64,000 nt of DNA from Octopus vulgaris (taxonomy: Eukaryota): positions 4,650,001-4,714,000 of the forward strand of contig OX597827.1 of NCBI GenBank assembly GCA_951406725.2, given 5' to 3'. This document shows, piece by piece, positions 12,046 through 24,300 of this stretch. Numbering within the stretch: the first letter of the stretch is position 1; every line of letters starts with the position of its first letter. A model generated the notes under the pieces. That model was given only the letters and a program-made list of their open reading frames with translations. It did no database searches and was not told the origin of the DNA. The translations under genes were made by a program, and so were the position numbers.

Positions 12046-12155
12046 GAAACAAGATTAGAGATCTATACAAGTTAAATTTGTATAGATCCATCTCCATCTT
12101 TTATATATATGTTATTATTATTATTATTATTTTTATTATTATTATTATCATCATC
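11780..12155. repeat. Compound microsatellite (TCTA/TCTG/CTT/CT/TA/TTA)
   Basis: Direct reading. Confidence 0.9.
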
Positions 12156-12722
12156 AGCGAAAGTTGATTTTTCCATGCTTGCCATGGGCTGAAAGGGTTC
12201 ATGGTTCAACCAGTAGTGACGTGTGAGAGGACAGTGATGAGCACCAATGTCCACTTTGGCATAGTTTCTACAGCTTTTCCTGTGCCCTTCCTAATGTCAC
12301 CACTTTACAGAGTCACCAACACAAGTGAGTTTGCCAAGTCCATGCAAGACATGATCTCTCAAGTAAGTGAAATATTGTATTGAAGCATGTCAGAGTGTTG
12401 GAGGGACGGTCTTGCTGAATGCATGGCTTCCCCAGCTGGAGAGAGAGAGAGAGAGAAGAGAGGGGCATACTCTCAAGGTACATTATAAATAGGAGAGAGA
12501 GAGAGATTAGGGACAAAGGAAAAGAAAAAAGTGGGTGGGTAGATAAGTGCACTAGTGTGAAAAGTGTGTGACTGATGATTAGAGATGGGGATTGAGGTGG
12601 GTACAGTGAATAATCAATCTGGGGGAGGGAAAGTGAAGGAAATAAGAGGGGGTCAGGAAGGCGGGGCAGAAGAGGTGAGAAGAGGCAGTTGTAGGGAAAT
12701 AAATAGTATCATTTACAGCACC

Positions 12723-12807
<85 letters not shown>

Positions 12808-13066
12808 GAATAGTGTTGCAGTTTGACAGTTAATGGAGGAATGAGTGTTAAAAAATGATACCAGGTCACTTGAGAGCATTATTGGTAACTTATGATCTAG
12901 TACAACCTACTACATAGCTGGATTATCAGTGATGAAATTAGTAACCACACCAAGTTTGCTCAGTAAGCAGGGTAATTTTGGATACCCTGCAGATTGGAAA
13001 AAAAATCCCTGAATATGGACAGAGGGACACAGGAAAGTCAGTAGTTGCCATCCAATAATGCATATA

Positions 13067-13467
13067 GGCGCAGGAGTGGCTGTGTGGTAAGTAGCTTGCT
13101 AACCAACCACATGGTTCCGGGTTCAGTCCCACTGCGTGGCATCTTGGGCAAGTGTCTTCTGCTATAGCCCCAGGCCGACCAATGCCTTGTGAGTGGATTT
13201 GGTAGACAGAAACTGAAAGAAGCCTGTCGTATATATGTATATATATATATGTATGTGTATGTGTTTGTGTGTCTGTGTTTGTCCCCCTAGCATTGCTTGA
13301 CAACTGATGCTGGTGTGTTTACGTCCCCGTCACTTAGCGGTTCGGCAAAAGAGACCGATAGAATAAGTACTGGGCTTACAAAGAATAAGTCCTGGGGTTG
13401 ATTTGTTCAATTAAAGGCGGCGCTCCAGCATGGCCGCAGTCAAATGACTGAAACAAGTAAAAGAGTA
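13067..13467 (+). mobile_element. Major tRNA-derived SINE, full length
   Basis: GGCGCAGGAGTGGCTGTGTGG head, GGTTCAGTCCC box B, internal TA/TG microsatellite, GAAACAAGTAAAAGAG tail; many near-identical copies in the window. Confidence 0.95.
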
Positions 13468-13689
13468 TATATGCATACTAAATATGTTTTTGTGTGTGTA
13501 TGATTTGTGGCATGTTTTCATTCCATTCAAATGAGACAAGGAAGAAGCACATAAGTTCCATCTCCACATCTCCAAAGTCTGTGGCAGCAGGCCAGAGGGG
13601 GGTAAAGTGGTACTGGTGGCAACATACTATCATTCTGGGCACATCTAGAATGTGGTTTTATAGCCTGGACACATATCACGTTAAATGGT

Positions 13690-13924
13690 AAGGCGGCGAG
13701 CTGGCAGAAACGTTAGCACGCTGGGGCGAAATGCTTAGCGGTATTTTGTCTGCCGTTACGTTGTGAGTTCAAATTCCGCCGAGGTCGACTTTGCCTTTCA
13801 TCCTTTCGGGGTCGATAAATTAAGTACCAGTTACCCACTGGGGTCGATGTAATCGACTTAATACCTATGTCTGTCCTTGTTTGTCCCCTCTATGTTTAGC
13901 CCCTTGTGGGTAATAAAGAAATAG
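13690..13924 (+). mobile_element. tRNA-derived SINE, family B (central GCCTTTCATCCTTTCGGGGTCGATAAA domain)
   Basis: GGCGGCGAGCTGGCAGAA head, GAGTTCAAATTCC box B; copies at 15364, 49140, 60751, 60975. Confidence 0.92.
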
Positions 13925-14579
13925 GTACTGCTTACTTTGGCAATCTTTTGCATTCTCATACATTCTCAGCTGTCTTGACTTTGTCTTACCACTGAAAATG
14001 TGTGAAAATGGAGAATAGGTCCAATGTGCTCACAGCTCTTTCTCACTGTGTCCACTTCAGTTCCAATCTCTAATTATTTGTCACACCCTTCTCTCAGTCA
14101 CATGTGTGAATCTAGTAAGTATCTGTGCCTGTCAAGAAAGACATTGTACTAAGAAACAAATAATGTTATTGTGGTGGTTGGATATTTCCACACTGTTCTA
14201 ACAGTGAAAAACCACCACTTGTGTACTTTCAGGTATAGGCTAGAGTAGTTACAGTTCTCTGCCCCTATTCCAAGTGATTACATCCCTTGTTGAAGTGCTG
14301 CTTGGTAGTTTGTTATTGTCTTCATATAGCTCATATGTCTTGAAGACAAATGAAAGACGTCATTGAAGCAGTGGGGGTTATCACAGATTTGCAAAAATGA
14401 AATGCAGCCGCTTCCATAAACTCAGGTGCATAGAGGTAGTGGTATAGAAGAGAGAAGTTGTGATTTATGGGGACCCTGTGTATATATTAATATGTGTGTG
14501 TGTGTGTCTGTGTGTATTTATGTATATGAATATATGTATGTCCATTTATATATACACATACACACAAAGGGTATTTACG

Positions 14580-14999
14580 CTTTTACACTTTACTCTTTTA
14601 CTTGTTTCAGTCATTTGACTGCGGCCATGCTGGAGCACCGCCTTTAGACGAGCAAATCGACCCCAGGACTTATTCTTTGTAAGCCCAGTACTTATTCTAT
14701 CCGTCTCTTTTGCCGAACCGCTAAGTAACGGGGACGTAAACACACCAGCATTGGTTGTCAAGCAATGCTAGGGGGACAAACACAAACACACAAACACATA
14801 CACACACATACATATATATATATATATACATATATACGACAGGCTTCTTTCAGTTTCCGTCTACCAAATCCACTCACAAGGCATTGGTCGGCCCGAGGCT
14901 ATAGTTGAAGACACTTGCCCAAGATGCCACGCAGTGGGACTGAACCCGGAACCATGTGGTTGGTAAGCAAGCTACTTACCACACAGCCACTCCTGCGCC
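14580..14999 (-). mobile_element. Major SINE, full length
   Basis: Reverse complement of the 13067 family. Confidence 0.95.
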
Positions 15000-15003
15000 T
15001 ATT

Positions 15004-16153
15004 TGGGTATTTGGGCTGAATTTAGCTATTTTTATGTTACCTTGTGTTTTTTTTTAGGAACAGCTTGATGTATTGGTAAAAAGTTAGTGGCATTGGAGAG
15101 CATAAAGATTAAAGTTGTAGCTGAGAAAAAGTTAGCTGACATGGAGGACTGGAAGCCATTTGAATATCAGGAAGGAGTTACCTGTAACACAATGATTTAT
15201 GGTGGTTGTCAAAATACCAACTGCTGTTCAACGTTCTGTGAACACTGTAACATTAAAATATTCTAATCTATGTGATGCTCCTCACGTATCATGAAACCAA
15301 ATTCCCTTAAACTGTGATGGTCCTTGGGTGTATCTTCAGTGAAGGGGACTCACTCATGCCACCTGTTTCTTTACTACCCACAAGGGGCTAAACACAGAGG
15401 GGACAAACAAGGACAAACATAGGTATTAAGTCGATTACATCGACCCCAGTGCGTACCTGGTACTTAATTTATCGACTCCGAAAGGATGAAAGGCAAAGTC
15501 GACCTCGGCGGAATTTGAACTCACAACGTAATGGCAGACGAAATACCGCTAAGCATTTCGCCCGGCGTGCTAACGTTTCTGCCAGCTCGCCACCTTACTC
15601 ATGCCACCCTTCACCTTTGAAGAGGGTCTCAGGTTCAATTCAGATGGTTGTGAAGCTGCTGGTGACTGTGGTCAAACCATGGCTGGACAGAGCTGTTATT
15701 GGAAGGTCAAATGCATGGTAGCATGATTCAGTTGCTTGCCATTCATCCAGAAAGAGTCAGAAGTGATTATCAGAGAATTTCTATAACTTCACCAGCCAAT
15801 TTCTGGTCTCCCAATTCTCTCAATTGTAATCGCATGGATTGCTATGTGTGGGGTGCAGCTGAAAGGGACACCAACCATACTACCTGCAACACCAAGGCTG
15901 AGCTGGTGGCCAAGATCAATGAAATTCTCAAAGGTCTTCCCAGGGACACAATGAGGAATGCATGTGGCTGGTTTTGGAACCATCTTGAAGCTGTGGCGGA
16001 AGTTGAGAGTGGCTACTTTGAGTAAAATGTTATCTCTCAGCTATAATCTAGTGGATATGTTTTTGATTTTTTAAGAATACTTCTATTTTTAGATGGAATA
16101 TTGTAATTTGATTTCCTTTTAAGCCAACTGTCAAATTTAGCCCAAGCACCCTA
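15004..16153 (+). mobile_element. Degenerate Tc1/mariner (maT/DD37D-like) DNA transposon
   Basis: VMVLGCI.SEG.MPPF..VVKPWL..W*HDSVACH..FWSPNS..CNRMDCYVWG..EAVAEVESGYFE*; imperfect TIRs GGGTATTTGGGCTGAATTT / AAATTTAGCCCAAGCACCC. Confidence 0.8.
15364..15596 (-). mobile_element. SINE family B inserted into the transposase remnant
   Basis: 12-bp TSD ACTCATGCCACC at 15352-15363 and 15597-15608. Confidence 0.93.
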
Positions 16154-16590
16154 TATGTATACTGGACTCTCTCACTGCTTTGACAAATGAAGAATCAGCA
16201 GAACAGTTGCGCAGTGTTCTTTGACTTTTTGTTGTGCTGTATCATGTAGGAATTCAGGTCTATCTGAGATTTTCTGATTTGGTTGTAGACATTGTAGTGG
16301 TGGTCTCTGTTACTTAGTGGTAGATTGGACCTAGCTCTCTCTTATCTCCTTCAAAGTATTGATCCTGGTTGGAGATGTCTTGGTAGCAAGAGATCAACTG
16401 GGCTCTCTTCAGTGTTTCTCATTACCATGTTTCCAAATTCCTTGTGCAGGGTTTCTAGCTGGTTTTTAGAGTGTCCCTAAAATGGAGTAGTGAATGGCCT
16501 TGGTGCCTGACACCAGAAATAATCTAACCATAAAAGAGAAAACTGTAAGTGAGCTGATTTGGCCACATGACACACATAGAAGATACTTGC

Positions 16591-16624
<34 letters not shown>

Positions 16625-16740
16625 AATAAGGAGTGAATATTCAAATGTGAACACTCATAAAGATATCATTATTGTTACTATAATCTGTGGTGGATATAAA
16701 TAATTGATAATAATAACAGCAATAATATAGGTGGTTACAA

Positions 16741-16777
<37 letters not shown>

Positions 16778-16832
16778 ATGTAATCAATTGTATCTGGACA
16801 CCCATCTTATAATGAAGTACAAGTTTGGGCCC

Positions 16833-17225
16833 CTAAAAGAGGCAGCATATATGCTAGGACATAATAAACTCTTAAGCAGACCCAGTGCAGATATGAGTAG
16901 CTTATGGGAACTGGTATTAAGGAAGGATAGGAAAATGTTAGATTTAAAAGCCCTAAAATTCACTCCATAATTGCCCACGGGCATATGGCATAGTGGTTAA
17001 GAGCATGGGCTACTAACCCCAAAATTCTGATTTTGATTTCAGGCAGTGACCTTAATGATAATAATAATAATAATGACAACATTGGGAAAATACCTTAGGA
17101 ATGAGAATCCAGGTTTGAAATTTCCCCCAGGACACCTGATGGAGGCTGGAGAGTACATCAGCCGGAATGTTGTATTAATAACAAATAAGATGAGGACAAA
17201 AATCTATAAAATGTAAATAATGTAC
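16833..17225 (+). mobile_element. 5'-truncated Penelope-like element: ORF end + tRNA-like head + degenerate hammerhead (copy 3)
   Basis: LKEAAYMLGHNKLLSRPSADMSSLWE..ALKFTP* then GCCCACGGGCATATGG..; homologous to 7330-7685. Confidence 0.87.
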
Positions 17226-17322
17226 TTATTTTCGCTATTTTGTTTTTTTATATTGTTTATTACATTTACAATTCACACAAACACACACATTCATGCTAAC
17301 ATGCATATATGTAGATAATGCT

Positions 17323-17370
<48 letters not shown>

Positions 17371-17554
17371 TATCGTCATTCTTATCATAGTTTATTTTAC
17401 ACCCGCTTTTCATGCTAGTAAGGGTTAAATGTTTTGACAGGATACAATTTGTTGGAGGATTGTGTCTTGCTATTGTGATGGCATGGTTTCTATATTGAGA
17501 TGCCTTTCTAACAAAAAAAAAAAAAAGAAATACACACACATATATATATGCAGA

Positions 17555-17703
17555 GTAGTTGGTGTTAGGGAGGTCATCTAGCTATAAAAACCCTGCCGAA
17601 ACAGGCACAGTAGCATAGAATAGTTTTTCTACCGGGCCAGCTCCTGTGAACCATCCTGTGAACCATACATGGAAGATAGACGTTAAACAATGATGATGAT
17701 GAT
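17555..17703 (+). mobile_element. Old RTE 3' tail fragment
   Basis: GTTGGTGTTAGGGAGGTCATCTAGCT..GACGTTAAACAATGATGATGAT. Confidence 0.7.
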
Positions 17704-17766
17704 ATATTCATGTATGTATATGTGAATGTGCCTGTATATATATATGTATAAATATTTATACACATA

Positions 17767-17800
<34 letters not shown>

Positions 17801-17802
<2 letters not shown>

Positions 17803-18216
17803 CGCAGGAGTGGCTGTGTGGTAAGTAGCTTGTTTACCAACCACATGGTTCCGGGGTTCAGTCCCACTGTGTGGCACCTTGGGCAAGTGCCTTCTACTAT
17901 AGCCTCGGGCCGACCAAAGCCTTGTGAGTAGATTTGGTAGACGGAAACTGAAAGAAGCCTGTCGTATATATGTATATATATATATATGTGTGTGTGTGTT
18001 TGTGTGTCTGTGTTTGTCCCTCTAGCATTGCTTGACAACCGATGTTGGTGTGTTTATGTCCCCGTTACTTAGTGGTTCGGCAAAAGAGACCGATAGAATA
18101 AGTACTGGGCTTACAAAAGAATAAGTCCCGGGGTCGATTTGCTCGACTAAAGGCGGTGCTCCAGCATGGCCGCAGTCAAATGGCTGAAACAAGTAAAAGA
18201 GTAAAGAGAGAAAGAG
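17801..18216 (+). mobile_element. Major SINE, full length
   Basis: Same head, body and tail as 13067; inserted next to a (TA)n run. Confidence 0.95.
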
Positions 18217-18489
18217 TATATATATATATGTATGTATGTATATATATATATATATATATATGTATATTTGTATATATGTATAGATAATTAATAAAACATG
18301 CATCAGAAATGAAGCAGACTCTAAAGAATAGAGCAGTAATTATTATAACAAAAATTTTGGATATAGGTTTTGTGTCCACAAGGCATAAGCCTTGCCGGTA
18401 TGAAACCTTTGGTAACTTTATGTCCAAAATTTAAATTTGCAAGTATATATATGAGTAATATTTGAATGTAAACATTTAAAGAAAGATAT

Positions 18490-18743
18490 TATTATTTACA
18501 TTTGATGGATATTTGTCCTCATCTTGTTTGTTAACACAACGTTTCAGCTGATTTAACCTCCAGCCTTCATCTGGTGTCTTGGGGAAATTTCGAACCTGGG
18601 TTCTCATTCGCAAGGTATTTTTCAATGTTGTTGTTGTTGTTGTTATTATTATTGTTATTATTATTCAGGTCACTGTCTGGAATCGAACTTGGAATCCTGG
18701 GGTTAGTAGCCCACGCTCTTAACCACTATGCCATATGCCCATG
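18490..18743 (-). mobile_element. tRNA-head/hammerhead PLE module (copy 4)
   Basis: Reverse complement contains GACAC CAGATGA AGGCTG..CAGCT GAAAC GTT GTGTT (18533-18578). Confidence 0.88.
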
Positions 18744-18749
18744 CTGGTT

Positions 18750-19012
18750 AATATGGCGTAGTGGTTAAGAGTGTGGGTAACTAACCCCAAGGTTCCGGGT
18801 TCGATTCCGGGCAGTGACCTGAATAGTAATAATAATAACAATAACATCAAAAAATACCTTGGGAATGAGAACTCAGGTTCGAAATTTCCCCAAGACACCT
18901 GATGAAAGCTGGAAGGTATATCAGCTGAAATGTTGTGTTAATAAAGAAGATGAGGACAAATATCTGTCAAATGTAAATAATGTAAATAATTCCTTGTCTC
19001 TTGAATATAGAA
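18750..19012 (+). mobile_element. tRNA-head/hammerhead PLE module (copy 5), head-to-head with copy 4
   Basis: ATATGGCGTAGTGGTTAAGAG..GGTTCGATTCC..GACAC CTGATGA A AGCTG..CAGCT GAAA TGTTGTGTT (18894-18939). Confidence 0.88.
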
Positions 19013-19119
19013 AGGTATTATTATTGTTAATACTATTTGTGGTGAATATAAGTAATTGTTAATAATGACAATAATAATATAAGTGGTTCCAGGTTTTTAA
19101 AATGCATTATATAGCTATA

Positions 19120-19911
19120 AATTAAAATTAGAAGTTAGCACTAAACTTAAGGATGCACAAGGTGTCAAACCTGTTCAGAAATAGGAGTCAAAATCCCAAA
19201 TCCACCACCAAAAGCACCAAAATACGACAAAGACAGCAATAAGTGAGTGAATGGTTAAAGAATTAAACAATAAAAACTTACCATTAAGGATTATGTCATT
19301 TGGATATTCATGTACCATGGTTTCGGGTTCTGGCCCAAAGGCCTCAACCCTCGTCAGCATGAATCGGCAAGGAAAAATTCTGACTCTGCCACGCCGAGCA
19401 TCTATTAGTGTTCTGACTTGTTTTGCGCTAAAATCTGCCAGTCTTGGTGCAAATATATTTATGAGTAAAATTCAAATGTAAACATTCAAAGTATGAGATT
19501 AGTATTGTTAATATTATCAGTGGTGAATATAAGTAAATATCTCTCTTTGGATGTTTACATTCGAATTTTACTCATAAATATATTTTCACCGAGGCTGGCT
19601 GATTTTGGTGCAAAACAAGTCAGAATGCTGATAGATGGTCAATGTGGCTGATTTAGAATTTTTTCTTGGTGATTCATGCTGACAAGGGTTGAGACATGCT
19701 GGCCAGAAGCTGAAACCATGGTACATGAATATCCAAACATCATAATCCTTAATGGTATGTTTTTAATTGTTTTAATTGTTTAATTCTTTAACTGTTCGCT
19801 TGCTTACTGTTGTCTCTGTCATATTTTGGTGCTTTCGGTGCCAGATTTGGGATTATGACTCCTATTTCTGAACAGGTTTGATGCCTTGTGCATCCTTAAG
19901 CTTAGTGCTAA

Positions 19912-19920
<9 letters not shown>
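19120..19920. mobile_element. Foldback/MITE element with ~375-bp inverted arms and ~40-bp spacer
   Basis: 19120-19497 is the reverse complement of 19540-19920 (e.g. CAAACCTGTTCAGAAATAGGAGTC / GACTCCTATTTCTGAACAGGTTTG). Confidence 0.92.
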
Positions 19921-19981
<61 letters not shown>

Positions 19982-19999
19982 TACTTGCATGTGTGTGTA

Positions 20000-20920
20000 G
20001 AGAGAGAAGTTTGCTTCCCAACAAAATTGTACTAGGTTTCAGTGCTACTGCATGGCACCTTGGAAAAGAGTCTTCTACAATAGCCCCAGGGTGAACAAAG
20101 CCTTGTGAGTGGATTTGGAAGATTGAAACTTATAGAAACCTACCATATGTATATACGAGTGTGTTTGTGTCATCATCTGGAAAAGACTTTCTAACTAGAA
20201 AGCGTATGGCCTGGTCAGCCTGTAATGACATGCATAAGATCTGGTCATCAAATCTAAGTAGAGACTTCAAACTTGAAATCTTCAAAGCCACAGTCGAACC
20301 AATTCTACTAAATGGCTCAGAAACCTGGACGTTATCAAAGAAGCTTGAGAGGCGGTTGGATGGAACCTACACTCGCCTCCTTATGAGAGCTCAAAATCTC
20401 TCGTGGAAGCGCCATCCAACCAAAATGCAAATATATGAGAAACTACAACCTGTGTCATCTCTTGTGAAAGGTAGGAGAGTCCATTTTGCTGGACATTGTT
20501 GTAGAACTGAAAAAGAGGTAATTTCTACTCCTCCTCTGGAAGCCATCTACTCGCGATACCAGAGGGCGCACACTCTCCTACCCTGATGTAATCTCCAGGG
20601 ATACAGGCATCCAGAAACAGGACCTCCGTAATGCCATGATGGACCATGAAGTCTGGCGTAGCATGGCAAATTCCATTGTCTCGACCACGGTCGAACAATG
20701 ATGATGATGATGTGTCTTCTTCTTTTGACATTGTGTAACAGTTGTAAATGAATGTCACTGTCATACGAGTAATGAGATATTCTTTGATAATATATCTGTC
20801 AATGTGGAAATATTACCTTGCTTGGAAATAGGTGAGTGTTGGCAACAGGTAAATCTGCCACAAATAAATTTCATTCAGCAAGGCATGTCATGATGAAAAG
20901 GTGGACATTAAATGATGAAG
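20000..20920 (+). mobile_element. Old SINE (major-family head, RTE-type tail) split by a LINE insertion
   Basis: Head 20000-20150, body resumes at 20711; an uninterrupted relative lies at 23340-23750. Confidence 0.7.
20172..20710 (+). mobile_element. 5'-truncated RTE-clade LINE (RT C-terminus)
   Basis: AWSACNDMHKIWSS..VEPILLNGSETWTL..LDGTYTRLL..RRVHFAGHC; (ATG)n tail; TGTGTC on both flanks. Confidence 0.9.
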
Positions 20921-20943
20921 AAGAATGGTGAATATGTATATGT

Positions 20944-21251
20944 ATCATCATCATCATCATCATCATTGTTTAGCGTCCGCTTTCCCATGCTGGCATGGGT
21001 TGGACGGTTCAACTGGGGTCTGGGAAGCCAGAAGGCTGCACCAGGCTCAAGTCTGATCTGGCAGTGTTTCTACAGCTGGATGCCCTTCCTAACGCCAACC
21101 ACTCCATGAGTGTAGTGGGTGCTTTTTACATGTCACCGGCACAGGTACCAGACGAGTCTGGCAAACGGCCACGATCGGGTTGGTGCTTTTTATGTGCCAC
21201 TGGCACAGAGGCCAGGCGAGGCTGGCAACGGCCATGAATGGATGATGCTTT
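20944..21251 (-). mobile_element. RTE 3' UTR/tail copy
   Basis: (CAT)n then CCCATGCTGGCATGGGTTGGACGG..GGATGCCCTTCCTAACGCCAACC. Confidence 0.88.
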
Positions 21252-21497
21252 TCAAATTTACCTATTTCATTGGGTTAGGGAAATGATAGTTACTCTTAAA
21301 ACGTTTTCATTCCTTACTGTTGTCGCACAAAAGGTTTGTGCTAGCTTAACTAACCCCAGTGGAGTTAGTAGCCAGTCTGTTTATATACATATCAAATCTT
21401 GTCGTAACACTTTATTTAAAACTAGAGACCTATCAAGGGAAAACACAGTACACAGTATCAAGGTATGATATAGTATACGCAAACCTATATAGTAGAT

Positions 21498-21690
21498 ATC
21501 ATCATCATCATCATCATTATCTAACATCTGTCTTCCATGCTGGCATGAGTTGGACAGTTTGATAGGATCTGGTAAGCCAGAGGACTGAACCAACCTCTAC
21601 TGTGAGTGTTGCCAAGGTTTCTATGGCTAGATACCTTTTCTAAGCCAACTGCTTCACAGAGTCTACTGAGTGCTTTTTATGTAGCACCAG
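21498..21690 (-). mobile_element. Old RTE 3' tail copy
   Basis: (CAT)n..TTCCATGCTGGCATGAGTTGGACAG. Confidence 0.7.
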
Positions 21691-21714
21691 AGCATACTTA
21701 TAAAATTTGTGCCC

Positions 21715-21751
<37 letters not shown>

Positions 21752-22029
21752 CACATAAACTGAAATGTTTCAGCCAAAACTGGCCCAGACCATGTCTAAC
21801 TTAATAGCATCATCTGACACCTGATGGAATATGTTCAGTCATTTTCAATCCAAGTTTTCCAGTATTATGGGCCATAGAGAGGGGAGTTTATGGCCCAACC
21901 TTGAGACAGCACTAAATTTGATGTTAAGGCTGTTTAGGCAATGCTGATGGCATACTGTTCCCATTGTACAAATGATGGTGTGCTCAAGGTAACATTGGAG
22001 AGAAGAAACTGTGTTTGTGTGTGCACAGG

Positions 22030-22431
<402 letters not shown>

Positions 22432-23257
22432 CACATACACAGACACACACACACATACACACACACATACATGCATTATTAATTACTAACTCTATAAACA
22501 AATTTTAGAATAACAGAATGATACAAACTTTTTGAAAAGTTCTTTTTTTAATTTTTTACAAGCATTTTTGTTTATTTATTTCGAAACACATTTGTGTGTG
22601 TAAACAAAAATGAGCTTCAAGAAATAACTCAGATGGGCCAGGAGCATGCATATGAGCAACATGGACAAATACAATTATATAAAATAACATATAACATAAA
22701 TTCTTGCTTTATTATTATGATCTCTACCTCTCAGGGAAGTGCCACAGTCACTAAATTCCATTTGAGACCAGCTCCAAATAAAAAGGGGAGATAATCTCAA
22801 GAATTAAGAATTCTACAAAGTCGATGTGCTTTTAAGGAAAAGGACAAGCTTATTGTATGGAGATAAGAGGACAGCCATGGATTCATGTTTCTGGCCCAAT
22901 GGGCATCATCAGTATGATAATTATCATAGCTTATCTTCAGTAGCCTAGGGACTCATACATATACAAAAAGAGTAGGACACAGTTATGGCCTCGGTGATTT
23001 CTATAATATGAACAAAATTGAGTTAAGAGAAATAACTTGGAGTGACAAGTGGTATGTATAAGAACGTCATAGACAAATACAGAAGATGTCGCACAATTAC
23101 CAAATGGCAACTGATGCCAGCCCTGTATGTATATGTATTTCTATACATATGTATGTGTAATGGTAAGTACCAATGCACACAACTCTAGGCCTTTGAGTCC
23201 CTCTGTAAATTCTGCCAATTATTAATGAAAAACATATATATACATCTATGTGTGTGC

Positions 23258-23289
<32 letters not shown>

Positions 23290-23339
23290 TCACACATACA
23301 CACACACACCTATGTGTATATGTTTTGTGTGTGTGTTTA

Positions 23340-23750
23340 TGTGTGGTAAGAAGTTTGTTTCCCAAGTTCTGAGTTCAATGTCATTGCATAGAATCTTGGG
23401 CAAGTGGCTTCTGCTATAGCCTCAGGCTGATCAAAGCCTTGTGAGTGTACCTGATTGACAGAAGCCAAAAGAAGTGTGTCATATATACATATTTATGTGT
23501 GTGCATGTATGTGTGTGTGTGTATCGCTATCTCCTTGCCTTGACATCACATGATAGTTGTAAATGGATGTCACTGCTATGTTGGCAGTACCCATTGTTAC
23601 AAATCTGTGAAAATATGTTTAATGATTGGCACATATTACCTTATTTTAGGTGAGGGTTGGTGACAGGATGGGCATCTGACTGTAGAAAATCCACCTCAAA
23701 ATTCTGTCCAACATATGAAGGCATGGAAAAGTGGATGCACAAACTGATGA
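23340..23750 (+). mobile_element. Old SINE (major-family head, RTE-type tail)
   Basis: TGGTAAGAAGTTTG..CTTGGGCAAGTG..GCCTTGTGAGTG..GGCATGGAAAAGTGGATG. Confidence 0.7.
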
Positions 23751-23759
23751 TATCTCTTT

Positions 23760-23813
23760 ATTTATCTATCTGTCTGTCTGTCTGTCTGTATGTATGTATA
23801 TAGACCTGGATAG

Positions 23814-23869
<56 letters not shown>

Positions 23870-23948
23870 GTCCATGTGTATGTAAGAATATGTGTATGTG
23901 TGTGTGTATACATTTATATAAATAATGTGTATACATGATATATATTTA

Positions 23949-23997
<49 letters not shown>

Positions 23998-24300
23998 ATA
24001 TGTATGTATATATGTATATATATGTATATATGTATATATATATGTATATATATTTATGTATATATGTATATATATATATGTATATATGTATATATTTATG
24101 TATATGTTTATATGTGTATATATTATATATATGTATATATATATATGTGTATATATGGGAATATCTATATATCTACACACACCCACACACACACACATAC
24201 ACACAGGTGGGTGGGGAGAGATGAATATATGCATCTGCTTATATGTTTACAAATATGTGTGTATGTATATATGTGTGTGTATATATGTATTTATACATAA
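23760..24300. repeat. Compound (CATA)n/(TA)n/(TATG)n microsatellite
   Basis: Direct reading. Confidence 0.9.

Noticed and set aside
12938-13303. Recurrent ORFs such as MSSNARGTNTDTQ.. and MLAWVGRFD.. seen at several loci
   Set aside because: Antisense readings of SINE and RTE-tail copies, not a gene family
13930-14480. Possible coding or LINE remnant between SINEs
   Set aside because: Only faint motif-like fragments on opposite strands; cannot support a call
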